A stretch of 32,000 nucleotides of DNA from Dickeya solani IPO 2222. GTDB lineage: Bacteria; Pseudomonadota; Gammaproteobacteria; Enterobacterales; Enterobacteriaceae. Below are positions 7,970 through 15,576 of this stretch, in pieces. The stretch covers positions 3,060,001 through 3,092,000 of the forward strand of contig NZ_CP015137.1 of the NCBI RefSeq assembly GCF_001644705.1, given 5' to 3'. Position 1 is the first letter of the stretch; each line of letters opens with the position of its first letter. Under the pieces are notes generated by a model. The model was given only the letters and a program-made list of their open reading frames with translations. It was not told the DNA's origin and searched no databases. The translations under genes and the position numbers were made by a program.

Positions 7970-8065
7970 TTAAGTTTTATCTTTAAATTCCAGGTGCTTC
8001 TTTTTTAAAGAAGTAATTTCTTTGAAAGGAAGTCCTGATGTTAGTGTTAACTTCCGTTTATCCAT
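7970..8065 (-). pseudogene. 31-codon ORF resembling the N-terminus of the adjacent 129-aa membrane protein (truncated paralog)
   Basis: MDKRKLTLTSGLPFKEITSLKKKHLEFKDKT* compared with MNKRNFIAKTGLSRKELLVLKKNYMATKEN gives about 11 identities in the first 25 positions with no gaps. It lies immediately upstream on the same strand and is below the ORF-track length cut-off. Confidence 0.3.
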
Positions 8066-8476
8066 ATCTGTTCTATTCCATGACTTAGGTGTGATAAATA
8101 ACATGCTATGTTTATAGCACTTTCTAAGAATAGAAGCTAGCAGCACTCTTTGGCTTAATCCTCAGCTATTTAACCTCCCGCCGGGTCAATTCCTTAAAGC
8201 AGTTTCCCAGACTCATCTCTGCATTCGTCGCCGCTTCCTCAAACAATTTGCACAGCTAGGGGCTATACGAATTTGAACGGTCGGAAATTTACCCGTCATT
8301 GATTTCCTTGTTTCGCGTTTAGCAATTGATATAGGCGTACCAGACAGGGGCTAACTACAACGTCACCTATTCCTTTCCTGAAGGGGCAACGCATTGCGTT
8401 GTTCAAAACGCGAGCGTGTTGCCCTGCAATTCGAATTATTTAGGGGATACACAGCCATCAACTGCTATCCCGGCGG

Positions 8477-10423
8477 CTATTCCCGTTCCAGCGCGTGGAT
8501 CGGTTGCAGACGGGCCGCCCGCCGCGCCGGGAAGAAGCCGAAAATCACGCCAATCAGGCTGGAGCAGAAGAACGCCGCTACCATTGAGGTGGCGGAATAA
8601 AGGAACGCCACGCTGCTGACGCGGCTGGCGATTGCGCCTGCCAGCAATGACAGCACCACGCCCAATACCCCGCCGCACAGACACACCAGCACCGCCTCAA
8701 TCAGAAACTGCTGCATGATGTCGCCGGTACGCGCGCCGACCGCCATGCGTACACCGATCTCCCGTGTGCGCTCGGTCACTGACACCAGCATGATGTTCAT
8801 CACGCCGATGCCGCCCACAATCAGCGAAATCAGCGCGATGGCGGACACCAGCAGCGTCATGGTGGCGGTGGTCTGCCGGATGGTTTGACGGATGCTGTCG
8901 GTGTTCATGACGAAGAAGTCCTTGTTGCCGTGCTGGCGGGTCAGAACCTGGGTGATGCCCTGCTGCGCCACGCTCAGGTCGATGTTGTCTTTAACCCTTA
9001 CGGTGATGCTGCGCAGGTACGACTGGCCGACCATGCGGCGCATCACGGTGGTATAGGGCACCCAGACATTCAGGTTTTCATCGCTGCCGAAGCCGGACTG
9101 TTTGCGGGTGGCGACGCCGATGATGCGACAGGGTAGGGTGCCGAGAAAAATCACCTGTCCCAGCGGGTTCTCGCCGTTGGGGAACAGTTTATTGCGGGTG
9201 TTCTGATCGATGACCGCCTCCTGCGTCAGGCGTTCAACGCTGAGCGGCGAGAAACCGTTGCCTTCCGACAGAACATAGCCGCGCACGGTGAAGAACTGCT
9301 CGCCCACGCCGCTGACGCTGACCGAGACCGCTTTACTGGCGTAACGCAGCGTTACCGAGGTGGAGACGGTGGGCGTGACGCTGTGGATATAGGGTTGTTG
9401 CTCCAGCGGCCGCAGATCGTTAACCCGCAGCGTCTGAATGGCGGCGGAGCGCATATCGCCGAAATCCTTGCCGGGAAAGATTTCCAGCGTGCTGGTGCCC
9501 ATAGCGTTGATATGCTCCAGCACCTGCTGTTGCGAGCCTTTGCCGAGCGCCACCACCGACACCACCGAGGCGATGCCGATGATGATCCCCAGCATGGTCA
9601 GGAAGGTGCGCATCCGCTGGGCGTTCATGGCACGCAGCGCCATCCTGAAGGCATTCTGCAACCGGTCGTACCCGCTGGTCAGCGTTCTGGCCGGTAGCGG
9701 CGCTGAAGGCGTTGGGGTCGCCGGCGTCATGTCGTCGGCCGTTTTGCGGTCGGCCACGATTTCACCGTCGTGAATCTCGATGATGCGGCCGGCCATCCGG
9801 GCGATGCGCATATCGTGGGTGACCAGCACGATGGTGTGCCCTTGCTGATGCAGCTCGTGAAGAATCGACAGCACCTCCTCGCCGCTGGCGCTGTCGAGCG
9901 CACCGGTGGGTTCGTCCGCCAGAATCACCTGGCCGCCGTTGATCAGCGCGCGGGCGATGCTGACACGTTGCTGCTGCCCGCCCGACAGTTGGCTGGGCGA
10001 ATCCTGCAGGCGGTCGGCGAGGCCCAGTCTCGCCAGCAGGGCGGCGGCGCGCTGGCGGCGTTCGTGGCGAGACTGACCGGCATACACCGCCGGCATTTCC
10101 ACGTTGTCGCCGACGTTCAGGTCATTAAGCAGGTGATAACGCTGGAAGATGAACCCGAAGTGCTCGCGGCGCAACGCGGCAAGCTGGTCGTCATTCAGCG
10201 TCAGGGTGGAAACGCCGGCTACCTGATAATCCCCTTGCGTCGGTTTATCCAGACAACCGAGGATATTCATCAGCGTGGATTTGCCGGAGCCGGATGCGCC
10301 GACAATCGCCACCATTTCACCGGCTTGAATCGTCAGATTGATGTTTTTCAACACATCGACGCGTTGTTCACCGTTGATAAAGCTGCGGTGGAGCTGGCGC
10401 AGCGCTAGTAGAGGCGCGCTCAT
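8477..10423 (-). CDS. macB: MacB-type ABC transporter (fused ATPase/FtsX-like permease), macrolide/peptide export
   Basis: 648 aa, the same length as E. coli MacB and colinear with it ([45 protein letters not shown]-terminal [28 protein letters not shown]). Confidence 0.95.
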   Translation of the reverse strand: MSAPLLALRQLHRSFINGEQRVDVLKNINLTIQAGEMVAIVGASGSGKSTLMNILGCLDKPTQGDYQVAGVSTLTLNDDQLAALRREHFGFIFQRYHLLNDLNVGDNVEMPAVYAGQSRHERRQRAAALLARLGLADRLQDSPSQLSGGQQQRVSIARALINGGQVILADEPTGALDSASGEEVLSILHELHQQGHTIVLVTHDMRIARMAGRIIEIHDGEIVADRKTADDMTPATPTPSAPLPARTLTSGYDRLQNAFRMALRAMNAQRMRTFLTMLGIIIGIASVVSVVALGKGSQQQVLEHINAMGTSTLEIFPGKDFGDMRSAAIQTLRVNDLRPLEQQPYIHSVTPTVSTSVTLRYASKAVSVSVSGVGEQFFTVRGYVLSEGNGFSPLSVERLTQEAVIDQNTRNKLFPNGENPLGQVIFLGTLPCRIIGVATRKQSGFGSDENLNVWVPYTTVMRRMVGQSYLRSITVRVKDNIDLSVAQQGITQVLTRQHGNKDFFVMNTDSIRQTIRQTTATMTLLVSAIALISLIVGGIGVMNIMLVSVTERTREIGVRMAVGARTGDIMQQFLIEAVLVCLCGGVLGVVLSLLAGAIASRVSSVAFLYSATSMVAAFFCSSLIGVIFGFFPARRAARLQPIHALERE

Positions 10424-10426
10424 GGC

Positions 10427-11644
10427 TTAAAACCCCATCGGCGGCGGTGGCGGGGACGACGCGCCGCTGCTGTCGCTTGCCGTCTGCTGGCTGATCACCA
10501 CCTCCTCGCCGGGCAGTACGCCGGAGAGTAGCTGGATATACGCGTTGTCGCTGATGCCGGTGGTCACTTCGCGAAGTGAAGGTCGGCCTTGCGGCTGCGT
10601 CACCTGAACAAACAGTTTTCCCTGACGGTTAATCAGCGCGCTGACCGGCGCGACGATGGCGCGTTTAGCCTCCGACAATAGAATATAGACCTGTGCGGTC
10701 ATGGAAATACGCAGGGTTTCGTCCGGATTGTCGACATCGAACAAGCCGTTGTAGTAGATGGCGGAACTGGAGGTGCTGCTGCTGGCGCTGCTGGTGGTGG
10801 TGCCGCTGCCACTGGTGGTGCTGCTTTCACTGCTGATGGATTCCGGCGCCGGTTCGATAGCGCGCAGCACCGCCTGATAGCGCTTGTTCGGATTGCCGAG
10901 AATAGTGAACCACACCGGCATGCCGGTTCTGACGTTGATAACGTCCGCTTCCGATATTTTGGCGTCAATCGTCATGGTGTCGAGGTTGGCGACCTTGGCG
11001 ATGGTCGGCGTGCTCTGCACCGCGTTGACGGTTTGTCCCTGTTCGACCGGCAGCGCCACCACGGTGCCGTTCATCGGTGAGACAATCTTGGTGTAACCCA
11101 GATTGACCTGCGCGGTGTTGACGGCGATTTTCGCCCGTACAATCTGGGCGTCCAGCGCGTCGATATCGGCCTGCGTGGCGTCCAGCGTGGCTTTGGCGCT
11201 GTCGTAATCCGCCTGTACGCCGACGCCTTTCTGCATCAGATTGTGCTGGCGTTGCCAGTTGAGCTGGTTATTACGCAGCGTAGCCTGTCTGGAAGCGCGC
11301 TGCGCCTGAATGTTATCCAGCGCCGCCTTGCTGTCCCGCAGCGTGTTCTGCTGGGTTAAATCGTCGATTTCGGCCAGCAACTGCCCCTGTTTCACTTTGT
11401 CGCCCAGCGAGACATGCAATGCTTTGATTTGCCCGGAAACCTGCGCGCCGACGCTAACCAGTTTACGTGCGTTGACGGTACCGTCGGCCAGCACAGTCTG
11501 TTGCAGATCGCGGACATCCACCGTGGCCGTAATATAATTCGGCGCCGGCGCCGGCCGGGACAGGCGAAAGACGACGAACAGGGTAAGGGCGGCAAGGCTG
11601 GCCAAAAGCCACCAAAAACGGCTGGAGCGGGGTCGGAATCTCAT
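10427..11644 (-). CDS. macA: MacA-type periplasmic adaptor (HlyD/MFP family)
   Basis: Colinear with E. coli MacA (VGAQVSGQIK.L.V..GDKVK.GQLL; TKIVSPM.GTV; SEADV..V..GM.VWFT.LG.P..RY). Its stop is 3 nt before the macB ATG. The start is uncertain: ATG 11644 (MRFRPRSSRFWWLLASLAALTL..., a signal anchor) is preferred, but the ORF stays open to 11725. Confidence 0.9.
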   Translation of the reverse strand: MRFRPRSSRFWWLLASLAALTLFVVFRLSRPAPAPNYITATVDVRDLQQTVLADGTVNARKLVSVGAQVSGQIKALHVSLGDKVKQGQLLAEIDDLTQQNTLRDSKAALDNIQAQRASRQATLRNNQLNWQRQHNLMQKGVGVQADYDSAKATLDATQADIDALDAQIVRAKIAVNTAQVNLGYTKIVSPMNGTVVALPVEQGQTVNAVQSTPTIAKVANLDTMTIDAKISEADVINVRTGMPVWFTILGNPNKRYQAVLRAIEPAPESISSESSTTSGSGTTTSSASSSTSSSAIYYNGLFDVDNPDETLRISMTAQVYILLSEAKRAIVAPVSALINRQGKLFVQVTQPQGRPSLREVTTGISDNAYIQLLSGVLPGEEVVISQQTASDSSGASSPPPPPMGF

Positions 11645-11874
11645 CAAAACAGAAGCATCCTTGGCTGAGTAAAACGCCGAAACGAAGAACATGGACAGAA
11701 CACGCAGCGTGTCCCTGAATCTCAAGGAGCACGAGCTGCGTATAATTTACCCGTCATCCCGCTTCGGATGCGTTATGTTTTGAACAATGAAAGGTAAGGA
11801 TTCCGTAAATGGTGCTGCGCAGATTGCAACCAGCCCTGACAATGGGTGCGGTAACAATGCATGGGAATGAAAGT

Positions 11875-12555
11875 ATGAAAATTTTACTGGTAGATGATGA
11901 CGCTGAACTGGGACACATGCTGTGTGAATACCTCACGGCGGAAGGGTTCAGCACTTCACAGGTGATGACCGGCAAGGAAGGGGTGGACGGCGCCATGTCC
12001 GATCAGTATACCGCAATGATTTTGGACATCATGCTGCCGGATATGAGCGGAATTGACGTACTGCGGCAGGTACGTCGCAACCGCTCGATTCCCATCATTA
12101 TGTTGACGGCTAAGGGCGATAACATCGATCGCGTGATCGGGCTGGAAATGGGTGCGGATGATTATGTACCGAAGCCTTGCTATCCGCGAGAGCTGGTGGC
12201 GCGTTTGCGTGCGGTGCTGCGCCGTTATGAAGACAAGGCGGAAAAAAGCGAAGACACCGGGACGGTGAACTATGGCGAACTGGTGATTTGCCCTTCCACC
12301 CGCAGCAGCGAGTGGCGCGGTAAGGCGTTTGATCTTACCGCTTCGGAATTCAACCTGCTGGAGTTGCTGATGCGCTCGTCCGAACGGGTAGTGACCAAGG
12401 ATGAACTGTCGGAGAAATGTCTGGGACGCCGCCGGGAGGCTTATGACCGCAGCGTGGATGTGCACATCAGCAATATTCGACAGAAGCTGGCGGCGCTGGT
12501 TGGGTGTAACCTGACCATCGAGACGGTGCGTAGCGTCGGATACCGGATTCGCTAA
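11875..12555 (+). CDS. OmpR/PhoB-family response regulator (CpxR-like), divergent from macAB
   Basis: MKILLVDDDAELGHML...ILDIMLPDMSGIDVLRQVR...IIMLTAKGDNIDRVIGLEMGADDYVPKPCYPRELVARLRAVLRR followed by a winged-helix C-terminus (VDVHISNIRQKL...TVRSVGYRI). The start at ATG 11875 was chosen by family alignment; the ORF opens at 11809. Confidence 0.9.
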   Translation: MKILLVDDDAELGHMLCEYLTAEGFSTSQVMTGKEGVDGAMSDQYTAMILDIMLPDMSGIDVLRQVRRNRSIPIIMLTAKGDNIDRVIGLEMGADDYVPKPCYPRELVARLRAVLRRYEDKAEKSEDTGTVNYGELVICPSTRSSEWRGKAFDLTASEFNLLELLMRSSERVVTKDELSEKCLGRRREAYDRSVDVHISNIRQKLAALVGCNLTIETVRSVGYRIR

Positions 12556-12557
12556 TC

Positions 12558-13982
12558 ATGCATGGAAGGCTGTTCTGGAAGATCCTGCTCGGTTTGTGGC
12601 TGACGTTTTTTGTCATTTCACAGCTGCTGTGGGTGGGCTTCTCGTTTTATGGCGGGCGCAACGAGCCGCCGGAAGTTCGTCTGGGAAGACACACCATGTC
12701 GTTGCAAATGGCGCTGGCGACGCAGGCGTTACGTCAGGGCGGCATGGCTGAACTGGGCCGCACTCTGGCCGACTGGCCGAAGAGCGAGCGTGGTTACATC
12801 AATGTCTCGGTTATCGGCGACAATGACGACGTGGCCGGGATGGGCGGTGAACCGCCGCCGGAGATGGGGATGCTGGGCGAACCGCCCGGACGTCCGGGGC
12901 CGGGGTTTGGGCCGGGGCTGATGCCTGGGCCGGGCCCGGGCGGCGCGCCGGAGCGGCCGGACGCGGCGTCGCTGCAGGTGGTGGAAGGCCCAGATGGGCA
13001 GCGCTATCAGGTGAGCTTCAATACCGCTCGCTGGCGGCAGGATCTGATGCCGGATAACGGTCCGGTGCCGATGCCGTTTTTCCTGCATTTGCCGCCGCCG
13101 ATGATCTGGATTGGCGCGCTGGGCGGGTTGCTGTTTAGCGGCATGCTGGCGTGGAACCTGGCTCGTCCGTTGGGCCGGTTGCGGGCCAGTTTCGAACGGG
13201 TCGCGCAGGGTGACCTGTCGGTGCGGCTTTATCCGTCGATGCGCCGCCGCCATGATGAAATAGGCGATGTGGCGCGCGACTTTGACGCTATGGTTGGTCG
13301 CCTGTCGGTACTGGTGGGCGCGCGCGAGCAACTGCTGCATGACGTCTCCCACGAATTGCGATCGCCGCTGGCCCGGCTGCAACTGGCGATAGGATTAGCG
13401 CGTCAGAATCCTGATAACGTGGAAAACGCATTGCAGCGCATTGAGCGTGAAGCGGAACGGATGGACAAGATGATCGGCGAAGTGCTGACGCTGTCCCGCG
13501 CGGAAAACAACGCGGTAAACACTGAGGAGTATTTTGATCTGCTCGGGTTGGTGAACGCGGTGGTTAACGATGCCCGCTACGAAGCGCAGGTGCCGGGGGT
13601 GGACATCGCGCTCAGCATCAGCGATTACGATGATTACACCGTCAAAGGCTCGGCGGAGCTGATGCGGCATGCGCTGGATAATATCATCCGCAATGGGCTG
13701 CGTTTTTCTTCGCGCGGTCAGCAGGTGCTGGTCACGCTGTCACGGGATGAGAAAGAGTGGTGTATCGGTGTGGCGGATCGCGGGCCGGGTGTGGAAGAAA
13801 GCAAACTCTCCAGCATTTTCGATCCTTTCATGCGCATCGATTCGCCGCAGTCGGGCAAAGGATACGGGCTGGGGCTGGCCATCGCGCGCAAGGCGGTGGT
13901 GGCGCACGGCGGCCGCATCGAAGCGGAGAACCGCGATCAGGGCGGGTTGCAGATCCGCATCTGTATTCCTCGCTGGCAATAG
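12558..13982 (+). CDS. Sensor histidine kinase (CpxA-like architecture: TM, periplasmic loop, TM, HAMP, HisKA, HATPase)
   Basis: H-box HDVSHELRSPLARLQL, N-box NIIRNGLRF, G-boxes DRGPGV and GYGLGLAI. The ATG is 2 nt after the response-regulator stop. The periplasmic loop contains a Pro/Gly-rich low-complexity tract. Confidence 0.9.
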   Translation: MHGRLFWKILLGLWLTFFVISQLLWVGFSFYGGRNEPPEVRLGRHTMSLQMALATQALRQGGMAELGRTLADWPKSERGYINVSVIGDNDDVAGMGGEPPPEMGMLGEPPGRPGPGFGPGLMPGPGPGGAPERPDAASLQVVEGPDGQRYQVSFNTARWRQDLMPDNGPVPMPFFLHLPPPMIWIGALGGLLFSGMLAWNLARPLGRLRASFERVAQGDLSVRLYPSMRRRHDEIGDVARDFDAMVGRLSVLVGAREQLLHDVSHELRSPLARLQLAIGLARQNPDNVENALQRIEREAERMDKMIGEVLTLSRAENNAVNTEEYFDLLGLVNAVVNDARYEAQVPGVDIALSISDYDDYTVKGSAELMRHALDNIIRNGLRFSSRGQQVLVTLSRDEKEWCIGVADRGPGVEESKLSSIFDPFMRIDSPQSGKGYGLGLAIARKAVVAHGGRIEAENRDQGGLQIRICIPRWQ

Positions 13983-14063
13983 CTTGGCTTACTGATTCCT
14001 GTAGTGATTTGACGCCAAACAGCCGCTGGCCCTGTGGCGATTTGGCGTCCTGAATCGTTTGTC

Positions 14064-14082
14064 GGCGGTGATACTCACCGCC
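14064..14082. terminator. Hairpin between the convergent kinase and crotonase genes
   Basis: Stem ggcggtga (14064-14071) pairs with tcaccgcc (14075-14082) across a 3-nt loop, with no clear U tract on either strand. A second imperfect hairpin, gacgccaaa (14011-14019) with tttggcgtc (14041-14049), lies just upstream. Confidence 0.35.
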
Positions 14083-14085
14083 TGA

Positions 14086-15045
14086 TTAATTACCATGAAA
14101 TATGGGGGGGCGGCCTTCGGCTTGTGCAGCCATGCCTTCGATAAAATCCTTGGTGCGATAAAGCGCGCTGTACTGTGTGCCGAGTTGTGCGAAGGCTATG
14201 GCCTCACTAGAATCAATGGCCAGGTGCGCCGATGCCAGCGTGGTTTGCACGCCGATTGGGCCGCATGCCGCGACTTTGTTGGCGATAGCCATGGCTCTGT
14301 CTAGCGTTGCCTGAGGTGTTTCGACGATCTCTTGCAATATTCCCATGCGATATGCATCGTCCGCCCCCCAATGGTCCCCTGTCAGCATGAATCGCATGGC
14401 ATTGCCCCAGCCGGCTTCACGCACGAATCGAACGGTTGAGCCGCCTCCGGGGAAACGTCCGTGGGAGTTTTCATCCTGCCCGAATTTCGTATTCGCTGCT
14501 GCTACTCGGATATCCGCTGACAGGAATAACTCGTGAGCCATGTTCCATGTGTCGCCGTGCACGGCGGCGATGAGCGGTTTGGAACGCCGGGTCGGGCCAT
14601 AATTAAGCGGACTGATGACGTGAGTCAGGCCCGCCAGAATATTTCCTTTATTGACGGTTGCTTTATAGGCATCAACATCAATACCCCGAGAAAAACTGTC
14701 CCCGTGACCAAATAAGATCGCTGCCCGCAGTGAAGGATCATGATCGTAGTCGTATATGGCTCTTGCCAGTGCCTGAAAGGTCTCAGGATCGATACGGTTT
14801 TGGACGGCAGGGCGATTGAGCCCCAATAACACGACTTGCCCCCGGCGTTCGATCGATAATTTTGTGTTTGGCCCAGGAGGAACTTCAGCGAGGGTTGTTG
14901 GTTGCGTCGCTGTTTCTGTCGCGGGGGATGGTGTCTGTTCTGCACCAAATGCGGATGTCGCCATAGCCATTGTCGGTACGGCGGCTGCGATGGTAGCTGT
15001 TGCCTTAATCAATGTACGGCGCGTTAAATCAAGTTTTTCTTCCAC
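14086..15045 (-). CDS. Enoyl-CoA hydratase/isomerase (crotonase) superfamily protein with an N-terminal twin-arginine (Tat) signal peptide
   Basis: GTG start at 15045 with GGAG 8 nt upstream. The N-terminus is EEKLDLTRRTLIKATATIAAAVPTMAMATSAFGA|EQ (Tat motif T-R-R-x-L-I-K, hydrophobic core, AxA-like cleavage site). A Thr/Pro-rich linker follows, then a crotonase core (GHGDSFSRGIDV; KPLIAAVHG...HELFLSADIRVAAANTKFGQDENSHGRFPGGGSTVRF; FIEGMAAQAEGRPPIF). Confidence 0.8.
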   Translation of the reverse strand: MEEKLDLTRRTLIKATATIAAAVPTMAMATSAFGAEQTPSPATETATQPTTLAEVPPGPNTKLSIERRGQVVLLGLNRPAVQNRIDPETFQALARAIYDYDHDPSLRAAILFGHGDSFSRGIDVDAYKATVNKGNILAGLTHVISPLNYGPTRRSKPLIAAVHGDTWNMAHELFLSADIRVAAANTKFGQDENSHGRFPGGGSTVRFVREAGWGNAMRFMLTGDHWGADDAYRMGILQEIVETPQATLDRAMAIANKVAACGPIGVQTTLASAHLAIDSSEAIAFAQLGTQYSALYRTKDFIEGMAAQAEGRPPIFHGN

Positions 15046-15576
15046 TTATTACGCTCCAGCTTGGGTTGCCTACTGTGCCCGGTCAATATCACACTGACAA
15101 AACCACCGATGCCCAGATTCAGCCTATCCACTCGATGACATGCTGACGGTGACCCGGTGAACATCATCAGGCGGTCGACGCGTCGTATGACGCTTACAGA
15201 TAAACCCGAGTATTAAAAAACCCTAGTGTATGGCAAAGAATCACCAGGCAGCCCTGAGACTGTCGCTGGTGGGGGAATGACTTTGGTTGTCTTGTGCGAC
15301 AGCAAGTGTGAACGCCTCTGTCTGGGGCGTTGCCATGATCATGGTGAGATATGATCGCCTTGTGACGTCAACCTGCCGAAGCATCAGTATGCATAGTTAA
15401 TCTTATAATAAGAGTTACTGACCATGCAAGAACTTACCCGAATGATGGATCTGCGGGGATCACTCCCTGAGTGGCCTGAGCTCATCGGCTACCGCATGCC
15501 CAAATAAGGCTTTGCGGTTGATGGGGGGGATTTCTATAATTAACGGTTTATCCAAGGGGCTGGCTTGGGGTGGTCA

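Noticed and set aside
6031-8218. A split short repeat possibly flanking the hcp cassette. On the left are tttccca (6031-6037) and gactcatct (6081-6089); on the right is the contiguous tttcccagactcatct (8203-8218).
   Set aside because: It is suggestive of an att-like or deletion scar. However, it totals only 16 nt in two pieces, found by eye, and flanking sequence does not extend the match. It cannot be distinguished from chance without comparison to empty-site genomes.
8150-8240. Minus-strand 27-codon open stretch (..KLFEEAATNAEMSLGNCFKELTRREVK*) considered as a gene relic at the right edge of the islet.
   Set aside because: It is bounded by a stop immediately upstream, has no motif I can recognise, and is too short to call.
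8885-13382. Several 80-220-aa alternative-frame or antisense ORFs inside macB, macA and the kinase gene (for example 9770-10408, 10699-10968, 12729-13382).
   Set aside because: All overlap confidently assigned genes. Their translations are Arg/Ala/Pro/Gly-rich frame artefacts of GC-rich DNA. The same applies to 20467-21129 (in cysZ), 21544-22121 (in zipA), 22623-23334 (in yjeH), 26584-27336 (in norW), 27817-29076 (in norV) and 29269-30451 (in norR).
15424-15507. 27-codon ORF (MQELTRMMDLRGSLPEWPELIGYRMPK) in the crotonase-HxlR spacer.
   Set aside because: It is too short, has no convincing RBS and shows no recognisable similarity. It is kept only as a note within the spacer finding.
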